Positions 1 through 9,363 of a DNA stretch of 34,476 nucleotides are shown one piece after another. Position 1 is the stretch's first letter, and the number at the start of each line of letters is the position of its first letter. The position numbers and the translations under genes are program-made. Below the pieces are notes generated by a model, which ran no database searches, was not told where the DNA came from, and saw only the letters and a list, made by a program, of their open reading frames with translations. The DNA is from a virus, in the IMG/VR virus record IMGVR_UViG_3300005002_000001. The stretch is one strand, 5' to 3'.

Positions 1-32
1 TCTATAATCCGACTCATACCATCTCTTCCGAA

Positions 33-1187
33 ATGGTCAAGCTAGCCTCTGTTTCAGAAGCTCGACAGAAAGAAGCTAGATCAGAAACGACGCAGATTTC
101 TCAAACTGATTATATGACGATCGTCAAGCCGATCGATATCTGTACGACACCGACTATCACGGTTACTTCTGCCAAGAAGAGGATCGTGGGCTATGTGATC
201 GACAAGTGGGAGCTTTTGCCAAATGGAGATCTTGTCGCCAAGGAGCCGATTCTTCTAGAAAATCAATATGTGTCCACCGCGGTTGATTACAAGGTCAGGT
301 ACGGCGGCAAATACGCTTACCAGGTTCGAACCGTGGCCGAATACACGATGCCGGCTATCACTCAAGAAGATCACCAGCTCGTCGTCATCAAGCTTTTGAT
401 CTGTTCTAAGCCGACCAAAAAACTGTTTGTAGAGTGTATCGAGGCTGTTCCGCCGCCCTTCCCGACTGATCTAGATTTCGTGTGGGACTACGAACACAAT
501 AATCTGATCGTGACATGGACCTTCCCGCCCAACTCTCAAAGGGACATCAAGAAATTTCAGGTTTTTCGTCGCCGCTCTATTAAAGAGCCGTATCAATTGC
601 AGAAGATGTACAACTTCGACGATACGCTCCGACCGGAACCCTTTGTTGATGTCGACCCGGAAAATGTTCCGGACGACTTCATCGAATACATGACGAATCC
701 CAAGTTGACGTACATCGATACTGACTTCAAAAAAGACTCGAGTTTCATCTACTCCGTTTGTTCGATCGATGCTCACGGGTTCACTTCCAATTATTCGACG
801 CAGATGCAGGTGTCGTTCGATCGATTTGCCAATCGTTTGGTAAAGAAGTTGATCTGCATTTCCGACTGCCCCAAACCGTATCCGAACATGAATCTGGCTA
901 GCGATACTTTCGTCGACGTCATGTACCACGAGAATGGATCTCGAATGAAGGTGTACTTCACGCCTGAATATCTTGAGCTCTACAATAACGAAAATCAGAT
1001 AATCCCGATCCTCAGCACCAACCAAAAGGATGCCGAATATCGAATTCAAATCATCAACCTCGATGCTCAAAAAGAGCAGGTCATCAATATCGAAGTTGAA
1101 GATCGTCGACGATACGACAAGACAAAGGAAGAGCTCTACAAGGGTTCCGGTCTGAAGTCGGTCGATCCGGATCGTTTTAAGCTCTGA
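33..1187 (+). CDS. hypothetical virion structural protein (384 aa)
   Basis: Long ATG-initiated ORF at the start of a run of large co-oriented structural-looking genes. No recognisable catalytic motif. Function not assignable from sequence alone. Confidence 0.45.
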   Translation: MVKLASVSEARQKEARSETTQISQTDYMTIVKPIDICTTPTITVTSAKKRIVGYVIDKWELLPNGDLVAKEPILLENQYVSTAVDYKVRYGGKYAYQVRTVAEYTMPAITQEDHQLVVIKLLICSKPTKKLFVECIEAVPPPFPTDLDFVWDYEHNNLIVTWTFPPNSQRDIKKFQVFRRRSIKEPYQLQKMYNFDDTLRPEPFVDVDPENVPDDFIEYMTNPKLTYIDTDFKKDSSFIYSVCSIDAHGFTSNYSTQMQVSFDRFANRLVKKLICISDCPKPYPNMNLASDTFVDVMYHENGSRMKVYFTPEYLELYNNENQIIPILSTNQKDAEYRIQIINLDAQKEQVINIEVEDRRRYDKTKEELYKGSGLKSVDPDRFKL

Positions 1188-1210
1188 AGAGAAGTGGATA
1201 TATTACTATC

Positions 1211-1396
1211 GTGAGTAGCATTGAAATTCCAGCTTTTCCTGACGAATGTCCGTTATGTAACACAACATACGAGAACGTCGGACATCCCAGAACGGGAGCG
1301 ATCATGATGCGGATCTGCAAGTGTAAGATCACTATGCAGCAGACGGATTACGGAACAATTACGGTAATCACTCCGCCCGAAGAGGAAGCCAAATGA
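1211..1396 (+). CDS. small zinc-ribbon protein (61 aa, GTG start)
   Basis: Contains CPLC...CKCK, a four-Cys arrangement typical of a zinc ribbon. Short ORF with stop/start overlap to the next ORF at 1393. Confidence 0.3.
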   Translation: MSSIEIPAFPDECPLCNTTYENVGHPRTGAIMMRICKCKITMQQTDYGTITVITPPEEEAK

Positions 1397-1656
1397 TGGA
1401 AATTCATCACATGTCGGCTTCAAACATCTGCTTTAAGACATCACCTGCGGTGAGCCATCCTGGTTTTATCCAGGTAGTGAAAGACGGAAATGTGTTAGGA
1501 GAAGTCGATGCAAATTTCGATTTTTCCAATCTGCCGGGTGAGTATCACATTTTAGCCTTGAAGCTTCTGAACGGCCATCGAATCGTGATGCCGTCTGATC
1601 ACCCTTCTGAACAAGAGGAAAAGCTTTCGTCTAGACCTTGGTGGAAGATTTGGTGA
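1393..1656 (+). CDS. hypothetical protein (87 aa)
   Basis: ORF coupled by ATGA overlap to the upstream ORF. No motifs recognised. Confidence 0.3.
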   Translation: MMEIHHMSASNICFKTSPAVSHPGFIQVVKDGNVLGEVDANFDFSNLPGEYHILALKLLNGHRIVMPSDHPSEQEEKLSSRPWWKIW

Positions 1657-1662
1657 TATAAT
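1654..1662 (+). promoter_or_regulatory. extended -10 promoter element TGaTATAAT
   Basis: Perfect TGnTATAAT consensus at 1654-1662, 10 nt upstream of the endonuclease ATG (1673). No SD in between, which suggests a leaderless or short-leader transcript. Confidence 0.35.
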
Positions 1663-1672
1663 AGAGTCTGGC

Positions 1673-2374
1673 ATGATCGTCTACCTGGTCGAGAACAAGA
1701 GGAACGGCAAGCGCTACGTCGGGCTGACGAAGCACGATCTGGATACCCGTTGGGGACAGCACGTCAAGGATGCCTTGCACGAGCGTTCCAACATGCTGCT
1801 GCACAAGGCCATCCGCAAGCACGGTCCCAACGGGTTCGTTCGCGTCGTTATTGATACGGGGCAGTCCGAGGAGCAGTTGAGAGAGTTAGAGAAGAGTTGG
1901 ATCGAGGCTCTGGGGACTCACGTCTCTCGAGGAGGGTATAATCTGACTTTGGGCGGAGACGGCTTGCTGGGATATAAACACAGCGAAGAGACCAAGCAGA
2001 AGATGAGCGAGTCTCGTAAAGGGGAACGCAATCCGAATTTTGGCAAGCATTGGGGCAAGCTAGAATGGTCTGAGGAAGACCGCCAAAAATTGGCTAAAAA
2101 GAGAATGGGCGAAGATAATCCCTTCAAAGGAAAGCATCATTCTGAAGAAGCTCGAAAGAAGATTGGAGACGCTCAATTCAAGAAAGTTGCCCAGTGCGAT
2201 GATGAGGGTCGCACGATTGGTGTATTTAACTCAGTGATTGAGGCAGCAACCAAGTTGGCTCCGAGCGAAAAATCGATATATGCAGCTCGAACTGGCATCG
2301 CTAGGGCATGTAAGTACCCTACTCGTCGGGCCCTGGGTTTCAAGTGGAAATACTTAGAAAATCAAAAAGGCTAA
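1673..2374 (+). CDS. GIY-YIG homing endonuclease with NUMOD3 DNA-binding repeats
   Basis: N-terminal VYLVEN...RYVGLT (GIY...YIG), then conserved R (RWGQH), E (WIEALG) and N (GYNLTLGGDG). Followed by repeated SExTKxKMS.xxKGxxNPxFGKHW and SEEARKKIGDAQ NUMOD3-like units, as in I-TevI/Seg-type enzymes. Confidence 0.85.
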   Translation: MIVYLVENKRNGKRYVGLTKHDLDTRWGQHVKDALHERSNMLLHKAIRKHGPNGFVRVVIDTGQSEEQLRELEKSWIEALGTHVSRGGYNLTLGGDGLLGYKHSEETKQKMSESRKGERNPNFGKHWGKLEWSEEDRQKLAKKRMGEDNPFKGKHHSEEARKKIGDAQFKKVAQCDDEGRTIGVFNSVIEAATKLAPSEKSIYAARTGIARACKYPTRRALGFKWKYLENQKG

Positions 2375-2378
2375 TGAT

Positions 2379-3095
2379 ATGGGCTATTTGGATCATTCAA
2401 CTAACAATATACTTCTCGACGCCGTTCTGACGGATACCGGTCGCCAGTTTTTGGCTCGAAACGATGGTTCGTTTTCGATCAACAAATTTGCCCTGGGCGA
2501 TGATGAAGTCGATTACACTATCATCCAAAAGTACGGTCGAACCGTCGGCAAAGAAAAGATTGAGAAGAACACGCCCGTCTTCGAAGCCCTGACGAATCAG
2601 GCATATGCCCAAAAGTTTAAGCTGATCAGCATCAGCAATCCGAATCTGATTCGATTGCCCGAGCTCTCTCTTTCTGGAGACTCTAACGTCAACGGTTCGG
2701 ACGCCGTCGTCACTCTAGGAAAGAGCACCCAAAAGACGGCCAACATCACTATCGAGCAGACGGTGCAGAACGAAACGTCTATCGATGTCGAGCTTAGAGA
2801 TCAAACTTTCGTCGTCGAAGTCAACAGCCTCTTTTTGCAGGTTCTTAGATCGGCTCCCGACAACGTCGACGGACAACAGCGAGCGACCTACATTTTGACC
2901 AGGTCACCCAACGAAAACTCGCTGCACGGTTCGACCGTGCAATTTACGCTGAGCGTCAAAAGCTTGACCGATGCGCAATTCACCGTGTATGGTTCAACCA
3001 GCAACAAAAACATCATCACGACGTATGTCAGGGTGACCGGAGCCCAGTCAGGCGCTGTCAAGGAATTCCGAGTCAACATCAACAAGAACCTGTGA
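2379..3095 (+). CDS. hypothetical virion structural protein (238 aa)
   Basis: ORF with SD-like upstream sequence in the structural gene block. No catalytic motifs. Confidence 0.45.
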   Translation: MGYLDHSTNNILLDAVLTDTGRQFLARNDGSFSINKFALGDDEVDYTIIQKYGRTVGKEKIEKNTPVFEALTNQAYAQKFKLISISNPNLIRLPELSLSGDSNVNGSDAVVTLGKSTQKTANITIEQTVQNETSIDVELRDQTFVVEVNSLFLQVLRSAPDNVDGQQRATYILTRSPNENSLHGSTVQFTLSVKSLTDAQFTVYGSTSNKNIITTYVRVTGAQSGAVKEFRVNINKNL

Positions 3096-3118
3096 TGGTA
3101 CGAGGAGTCTAAAGAGTA

Positions 3119-4351
3119 ATGGCTATCTTCAAAGAGATCACACCCGCTGATATCAAGACGTCTCGTACGTTTTTGAATCAGCTCATCGATATTCTACAGA
3201 TGGACGTCAGCGGGTCATCGACTCGAAAGAAGTACCAAGTCTTCGTTACGGGCGGAGTCGGACCGGGAGTTACTAGCTCTCTGTTCCAGACCGTATACGA
3301 CCAGGACTTTACTCTGCAGACGGCCAATCCGATCTTCGACGTGACAATGGGTCTGTACTACACGGGCTCGATCGTCAACGGAGCGAAGCTAGGTACCGAT
3401 GCCGCAGGCAAGTTTCTTTTCCCGTCATCGTCTCTCATGATGAGAGAAAAAATCGATGTCTACAAGCAATTTGCTTCAGCTTTGCTTGGAGATGCCAACG
3501 GACAATTCGTCGCTCCTTTCGATTCGACTTTGACGTCCGACCAGATCGACGGCGCGTTTTTCATCGCCTTCAAACGACTGTTTCATCGAGATCAGATCAA
3601 GCGAGAGACTTTCGCAATGCGCTGGTATCAGACGGCGTCCATCTCTCTGACGGCAGGCACATACGACTCCAATAATTTGACCGTTACGAGCGAGTACGGT
3701 TCGAGCATCTACACAGACGTCGGATCGTCGGCAAACAAGATCGTCGCTTTCGGAGGAAATGTCGGTAACATTGTCGATGCTGCCAACACGTCGCGCACCG
3801 TAGGTTTGCTTTTCTACGATCGGGGTGTAGCCGTTCTAGACCTATCGAAGATCATTTCTGGTACGCAGGCGGCCCGTGGCATCATCTCCGGCATGAACGC
3901 CGCAGGAGGAACCGGCCCAAACTTCAATCCTGGTCAGACGTTGATCGGTCGACCCACCGCTGAGAATCCTTTTGCTAAGTTCATTCCGGACTTCATGGTA
4001 TCAGCGTCGATGGACAACATCATCGATCACCTGTGCGCCGCCCGATTCTCTTCAGGTAGCTTTACTGCTGTTACGTTCCAGAACATCACGAATATCAACA
4101 GCACTTTGATCTTCGCTAGAGCCAATGCCGATGAATTCAACTATTCGTCCAATCCGACATTTACGGATGACGACAATAGGATCGTCGTCATCGATTCGGG
4201 ACAGGAAGATACTCAGCAAACGTTTACCTTCGTCTCTTCTGTCGGACTTTATGACGCTAACAACAACCTATTGGCTGTTGCTAAGCTAAGCCGACCGGTC
4301 GAGAAGAGTCCTGAACGCGATCTGACATTCCGAGTACGTCTAGACTTCTAA
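3119..4351 (+). CDS. hypothetical virion structural protein (410 aa)
   Basis: AGGAG SD 8 nt upstream of ATG. Ser/Thr/Gly/Asn-rich composition typical of tail or baseplate components. Confidence 0.5.
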   Translation: MAIFKEITPADIKTSRTFLNQLIDILQMDVSGSSTRKKYQVFVTGGVGPGVTSSLFQTVYDQDFTLQTANPIFDVTMGLYYTGSIVNGAKLGTDAAGKFLFPSSSLMMREKIDVYKQFASALLGDANGQFVAPFDSTLTSDQIDGAFFIAFKRLFHRDQIKRETFAMRWYQTASISLTAGTYDSNNLTVTSEYGSSIYTDVGSSANKIVAFGGNVGNIVDAANTSRTVGLLFYDRGVAVLDLSKIISGTQAARGIISGMNAAGGTGPNFNPGQTLIGRPTAENPFAKFIPDFMVSASMDNIIDHLCAARFSSGSFTAVTFQNITNINSTLIFARANADEFNYSSNPTFTDDDNRIVVIDSGQEDTQQTFTFVSSVGLYDANNNLLAVAKLSRPVEKSPERDLTFRVRLDF

Positions 4352-4390
4352 GGGACCTGGCCCGGGAGACCGGGTATAGTTATACGAGGC

Positions 4391-6775
4391 ATGTCCCTTC
4401 AGAAGGTATCGCCCGATAGTATCGAGACGTTCACCGTCAAGACTCGGCCCCATAGATTCTTCTCATCCTCCTCTTTTGGAGTCACGGGATCGGTTTACGT
4501 TTTTGCTCGCCGATCGGCCAGAGAAAAAGAAACACGTCAGCTTCCCGCCTTTGTGGAGGAAAGCAGAGACGATTCTAACTTAGACTCTCTAGTCGAGGAT
4601 ATGCGAGCGTATGCTCGCGACCGGACAAACATCCAAAAAGCGCTTGAAGCTTACTTGTCAGGTGTGAATGCCCAGGGCGTATCTGCTAGAAAAAACAAGT
4701 ACTTGGATGTTTTGAGGTTCGTCCCGTCAGTGACTTTCTCCAAAAATACTCAGAGAAAGCTCATCGTCAAAAACGTCCTCAACCCGTACTACAGAAATAT
4801 TCATCCTAAAGCTCATTGGGCCTACACAAACTATTTCAGTCTGAATTTTTTTACGGCCAGTTCCGTGCCTTCGGATGCGGCCCTGATATATCCGGATGAT
4901 CTCTCTAAGTCCAACTCGATAGTCATCGACGGTCAGACAGTCCAGCTCGAACCGGGCAATTACGTTTTGCCCGATGAATGGAGTTTCGACTTCTACATCA
5001 ATCCGAGATATGCGCAGGAATCTGCTGACATCCCCTTTAGAGCGGGCACGATTTTGCATGTTTCGAGTTGCTATGCTGTTTCGCTAGTGACGGGATCTTC
5101 TAAGGATCCGAAGGGATTCTCAGACGGCTTCAGATTGATGTTGCAGCTGTCACATTCTGCGGACATTAGGCCCTCTCAGGCCATTCCGGGAAATTGGCCT
5201 CACAATCTCGTATTCCTATCTGACGATAACAGTCTCATTAGAAATCACTGGCATCATGTCGTCATTCGATGGGGCGGAAACAACATCAATGCCGGCACCG
5301 GTTCTTTTGTCGTTGATGGTATCGAAAGAGGCACATTCAACATTCCGTCGGCGACAGTCGCTCCGAGATACAACAATAACGTCGACGAGCCGGCGGCTCT
5401 GTTTGTCGGAAACTACTACGAAGGCATCAATTCGGGTACGAATTCGATATCGTACTTCTTCGCCGCGGACGTCGCTGAAAGAGAAGGATTGCTGCAGCTC
5501 GATCCGACGACGGGATACGATATGCCCGTCACTTCGACGTTTAGACACCAACTCAATGCCGAACTTCACGATGTCGCTATCAAGCGATACTACATGACGG
5601 ATACCGACATCGCTGTTTCGTCTTCTGTCGGACCGATCGAGGCTAAGCTTCACAAGACGGTTTTCTATCTTCCTCCCTTCTTTACCAAGAATTCTCCGAC
5701 TCGAAAATTCGTTGGTACATACGGCGGAATTCCACAAACACCGTTCTTCTCTGTAGATGGAACGACGGATGATCCGTTTAACGTCGGCATGTCATTTGGT
5801 GTCGGCGGACATTACATGAATCTAGAGAACTTTACGTACGACTTTGCATCGGGCCAATGGCCACGATTGCTAAGCCTATCGGCAAGCGAGATTCAAGGTA
5901 CTACTTCGGCTTCAAGCGCTAATGATCACCTGTATAGCTTTCCAGCTACCGGATTGAGGAATCTTTTGATTCTTCCCTGCGACGACGGAGCCTTCTTCCC
6001 CAATTACGACTTGCTTGAAAATTTCGTTGGCGCTAGCCAGAAATACACCGATGATCTTGGAGTAGATGATTTCGCGTGGATCAATCTTGACAACATGGTC
6101 GATTTGCAGATCATCAAGTACGCCATTCCGGGAGATTCTGGCAGCTTTTTTACAGCTGTCGCCGGCGCTACTCCCGAGGATCCTGGATTGGAAGAGGGAG
6201 TTTCATACGCCATCTTGCAGAGAACGAGAGATCCGAGTTCCAATCAAGTCGCTTTCTTTGATATCAGCAACTTGTTTTACGGCAACAGAATCTATCCGCA
6301 GACGTTGGAAATCAAAGATACCGCTTTGACAGCTTCCCGCGGTCGAGTGCAGATTACTCTCAAGGATGACGGTTACGGCAACGTTTATAGGGCCGACGCC
6401 GCCACGCCGAATGCTCAATGGTCCTCGGTCGGCAACATCTACTATAACGAAGGTATTGTAGTCGTCAAGGATCCTAGCCTCTATTTCTTCGGAAAGGAGA
6501 GGTTCGACATCGATTTCCGAGGAGATCAGAACATCCACGTGATGAAGATCAACGCCATTCTTGGAGCCAATGAATTCAATTCGTCGTCAAATCCGAATTA
6601 CATGTCCGTTTCGGCTTCGGCATATCCTAATGACGTTGATCCGAATTTCGTCTACGTAACTGGCATCAACTTTCACGATGACAATTTCAACGTAGTGGCG
6701 AAAACTGCTCTAGTTCAACCAATCGTCAAGAGAAAAGGTGAGAGATACCTGTTAAGATCTAGGATAGACTTCTAA
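4391..6775 (+). CDS. large virion structural protein (794 aa)
   Basis: 794-aa ORF with a GAGG SD, rich in beta-strand-favouring residues. No enzymatic motifs. Weak hairpin (gcccgg-gaga-ccgggt, 4353-4368) in the upstream gap. Confidence 0.5.
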   Translation: MSLQKVSPDSIETFTVKTRPHRFFSSSSFGVTGSVYVFARRSAREKETRQLPAFVEESRDDSNLDSLVEDMRAYARDRTNIQKALEAYLSGVNAQGVSARKNKYLDVLRFVPSVTFSKNTQRKLIVKNVLNPYYRNIHPKAHWAYTNYFSLNFFTASSVPSDAALIYPDDLSKSNSIVIDGQTVQLEPGNYVLPDEWSFDFYINPRYAQESADIPFRAGTILHVSSCYAVSLVTGSSKDPKGFSDGFRLMLQLSHSADIRPSQAIPGNWPHNLVFLSDDNSLIRNHWHHVVIRWGGNNINAGTGSFVVDGIERGTFNIPSATVAPRYNNNVDEPAALFVGNYYEGINSGTNSISYFFAADVAEREGLLQLDPTTGYDMPVTSTFRHQLNAELHDVAIKRYYMTDTDIAVSSSVGPIEAKLHKTVFYLPPFFTKNSPTRKFVGTYGGIPQTPFFSVDGTTDDPFNVGMSFGVGGHYMNLENFTYDFASGQWPRLLSLSASEIQGTTSASSANDHLYSFPATGLRNLLILPCDDGAFFPNYDLLENFVGASQKYTDDLGVDDFAWINLDNMVDLQIIKYAIPGDSGSFFTAVAGATPEDPGLEEGVSYAILQRTRDPSSNQVAFFDISNLFYGNRIYPQTLEIKDTALTASRGRVQITLKDDGYGNVYRADAATPNAQWSSVGNIYYNEGIVVVKDPSLYFFGKERFDIDFRGDQNIHVMKINAILGANEFNSSSNPNYMSVSASAYPNDVDPNFVYVTGINFHDDNFNVVAKTALVQPIVKRKGERYLLRSRIDF

Positions 6776-6786
6776 GGGAGACTATC

Positions 6787-7443
6787 ATGCTGTTGGATCT
6801 TAAGGCTCTCGCCGCGAACCTTGCCGTTCCTATTCGGGGAGCTTGTCACATCGGGGCTCATTACGGAGACGAAAAGAAGACTTATACTGAGCTCGGCATC
6901 AAAGATGTCGTTTGGTTCGAGGCAGATCCTCAGACCTATCAAATCTTGAAGAACAACGTCGAACCCTACGGGCATCTAGTTTACAACGTATTGTTGGCCG
7001 ATGTAGAGAAGAATTATCAATTCAACGTTACGAGCAATAGGGGAGCATCCTCTTCCTTGCTACGACTCAAAAAGCATGCTCAACATCACCCGCATGTTGT
7101 CGTAACGTCAATCAAAGAATTGCCCGGACGTCGATTCGACTCCTTTTCTAGGGAGGTCGGGCTCGATCATCGAAAATACAATCTTCTCAATATTGATGTG
7201 CAAGGAGCCGAGCTACACGTCATCAAGGGAATGGGCGATCTGATCGATAATTTCGATTATGTGATGGCCGAAGTTAATGAGGCCGAGCTTTACGAAGGTT
7301 GTGCTTTGCTTCCCCAATTGAATGATTACCTGTTCAGTCGCGGTTTCTCTATGCAGACGAAGTCGATGACTAAGTACGAATGGGGAGATGCTTTTTATAC
7401 GAGGACTCATGCCCGTCAAGAAAAAGAAAAAGAGACGAGGTAA
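6787..7443 (+). CDS. FkbM-family SAM-dependent methyltransferase
   Basis: LLNIDVQGAELHVIKGM matches the FkbM hallmark (LLKIDVEGAE..VLxG). N-terminal GACHIGAHYGDE resembles the FkbM N-terminal motif. GGGAG SD upstream. Confidence 0.7.
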   Translation: MLLDLKALAANLAVPIRGACHIGAHYGDEKKTYTELGIKDVVWFEADPQTYQILKNNVEPYGHLVYNVLLADVEKNYQFNVTSNRGASSSLLRLKKHAQHHPHVVVTSIKELPGRRFDSFSREVGLDHRKYNLLNIDVQGAELHVIKGMGDLIDNFDYVMAEVNEAELYEGCALLPQLNDYLFSRGFSMQTKSMTKYEWGDAFYTRTHARQEKEKETR

Positions 7444-7810
7444 GCGTCGTCGAAACATCGGAAAGTATGAGTCTCCTAAAGCCGGCACTTGCACCTTTAG
7501 AAGCTCTTGGGAGAAAGCTTTCTTCGTCTATTTGGACGCTAATCCCAAAGTCGTAGCTTACGCCTCAGAAGGACTGAAGATTCCGTATGTTTCGAATGTA
7601 CGCACTGGACGCCAAAGAAACTACATTCCTGATTTGCTGGTAACATATGATGACGGTCACCGCGAACTCATTGAAATCAAGCCGAAAAAGCGTCTGACAC
7701 AACCTAAGAACGTCAAGAAGTTTGCTGCTGCTCGAGATTGGTGTTTACGAAACGGCTGCCTCTTTGTACTCCTTACAGAGATCGATCTCAAAGGGTTAGG
7801 ACTCATCTGA
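7388..7810 (+). CDS. PD-(D/E)xK family nuclease with Lys/Arg-rich N-terminus
   Basis: YIPDLLVTYDDGHRELIEIKPKK gives the D...E.K signature of the PD-(D/E)xK fold (TnsA-N/Hjc/T7 endo I-like). The only in-frame starts are ATG 7388 or 7409, so the gene overlaps the methyltransferase 3' end by at least 35 nt. Confidence 0.5.
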   Translation: MLFIRGLMPVKKKKKRRGKRRRNIGKYESPKAGTCTFRSSWEKAFFVYLDANPKVVAYASEGLKIPYVSNVRTGRQRNYIPDLLVTYDDGHRELIEIKPKKRLTQPKNVKKFAAARDWCLRNGCLFVLLTEIDLKGLGLI

Positions 7811-8373
7811 TGAAAATAATGGGCTTAGATATCTCAACGTCTGTCGTAGGCGTGACTATCCTTGACGAGAATTTCAACGTTGAATTGATGACGCATATAT
7901 CATTCAAATCATCGATGAATTTTTGGGAAAAGGCCGATCATGCTTTGGAACAGTTTTGGGAGATCTTCGATAAGCACGGAGCGATGCACGCTGTCTATGT
8001 TGAAGAGCCTGTCTTGAGTTACAGCCCGGGAAAATCTTCTGCCCAAACGATCATGACGCTAGCTAAATTCAATTACATCTTGAGTTATGAGATACGGCTA
8101 CATCAGAATAGAGATCCGATTCACATTACGGTCGGAGAGGCACGGAAGACGTGCGGTATCAAAACGGTTCAACGTAAGAAAGCCGGTGGGCTGTCTCACA
8201 AGGAGCAAACGTTCAAATATCTGACTTCCCCTGGGCAGCCGCTTCATGGCGTTCCTTTTCCGAAGACGAAAAACGGCACATACAAAAATTATGTGGCCGA
8301 TGAAGTCGATTCATATGTCATTGCACGGGCAGGTGTCATTCTAGCTCCGAGTCTCAATAGACCCAATCTGTAG
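7810..8373 (+). CDS. RuvC-like Holliday junction resolvase
   Basis: MKIMGLDISTSVVGVTILDE matches the RuvC/YqgF first Asp motif. A VEEP glutamate and the C-terminal ADEVDSYVIARAG (D..D..A.A) match the RuvC catalytic carboxylates. Start ATG overlaps the upstream TGA (TGATG). Confidence 0.6.
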   Translation: MKIMGLDISTSVVGVTILDENFNVELMTHISFKSSMNFWEKADHALEQFWEIFDKHGAMHAVYVEEPVLSYSPGKSSAQTIMTLAKFNYILSYEIRLHQNRDPIHITVGEARKTCGIKTVQRKKAGGLSHKEQTFKYLTSPGQPLHGVPFPKTKNGTYKNYVADEVDSYVIARAGVILAPSLNRPNL

Positions 8374-8412
8374 GTTTATGTACATAAGTCCTTTAACAGG
8401 TTAGGTCTTAAG

Positions 8413-9363
8413 TTGGTGCTAGCCGCAACCGACAAGATCAAGTTTATTGAAAGTGTTTTCGGATCGGGTCGGCTATCAGCCCGGGGCGAGAATATTGCAG
8501 TATCATGTCCGGAATGCAAGGGCATTGACAAGGGTAAGAAGAAGCTTTCGATTCGTCTAGATGACGATTTAAATCACTGTTGGGTCTGTGGGTGGAGTGC
8601 CTGTAACCTCTTAGCATTGTTGATGAAACATGCTAATCGAGAAGACGTCGAAACTTATCGTCGAACGTTCCTGCCGTACGTCAACAGAAAAAAAGACGAG
8701 GGAACTATTGATGTGATCCCGTTGATTCCTCGCGGGTTCAAGTCTTTGTATTGTCATTTCGATTCGAATGATCCGGATGTCAAGGCTGTCATTCGATATG
8801 TCATGGCTCGAGGTCTGACAAAAAAGGATGCCGCGTACTTTTTGCTCGGTGTCTCAGACGATTACGAGTATCGACGCCGCGTCATCATGCCGTCTTATGA
8901 TTCCGAAGGTCGTCTGAACTTTGTGACAACAAGGGCTATTAATGATGTAGTCCGACCGAGATACGTCAATTCAAAAAACTCAAAGTCGGACGTCGTCTTC
9001 AACGAACTGAAGATCGATTGGACTCAGGAACTAGTCATCGTAGAAGGTCCCTTTGATCTTATGAAGTGTCCAGAAAATTCGACATGTCTCTTGGGCTCTG
9101 AGCTCAATGAATCCCATCTTCTATTTTCCAGACTTCTCGAGCACAATACTCCCGTCGTTCTTTGCCTAGATAATGATGCCAGGAAAAAGATGAGAAGCAT
9201 TGCTCAAAAAATGATGTCATATGATTTACGCGTCAAAGTTTGCCAGCTTCCGGAAGGATCGGATCCCGGCTCCCTTTCAAAGGGTCAAATGCTTGACGTA
9301 ATCAGACGAGCTACCCCCTGGTCCAGGGAAGCGAGTCTTATCGATCGGATCCGGAGCATTTAA
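8413..9363 (+). CDS. DNA primase (zinc finger + Toprim)
   Basis: N-terminal CPEC...HCWVC zinc-binding motif. Toprim signature with IVEGPFDLMK (Glu) and CLDNDARK (DxD). TTG/GTG start with a weak SD. Confidence 0.6.
   Translation: MVLAATDKIKFIESVFGSGRLSARGENIAVSCPECKGIDKGKKKLSIRLDDDLNHCWVCGWSACNLLALLMKHANREDVETYRRTFLPYVNRKKDEGTIDVIPLIPRGFKSLYCHFDSNDPDVKAVIRYVMARGLTKKDAAYFLLGVSDDYEYRRRVIMPSYDSEGRLNFVTTRAINDVVRPRYVNSKNSKSDVVFNELKIDWTQELVIVEGPFDLMKCPENSTCLLGSELNESHLLFSRLLEHNTPVVLCLDNDARKKMRSIAQKMMSYDLRVKVCQLPEGSDPGSLSKGQMLDVIRRATPWSREASLIDRIRSI

Noticed and set aside
7409-7443. Programmed ribosomal frameshift fusing the methyltransferase to the nuclease at the aagaaaaagaaaaag tract
   Set aside because: The nuclease frame is +1 relative to the methyltransferase. 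The tract does not form an X-XXY-YYZ -1 slippery heptamer in the methyltransferase frame, and no downstream pseudoknot is evident. Simple gene overlap with an internal ATG start is more parsimonious. It is kept only as a low-interest note in the findings.
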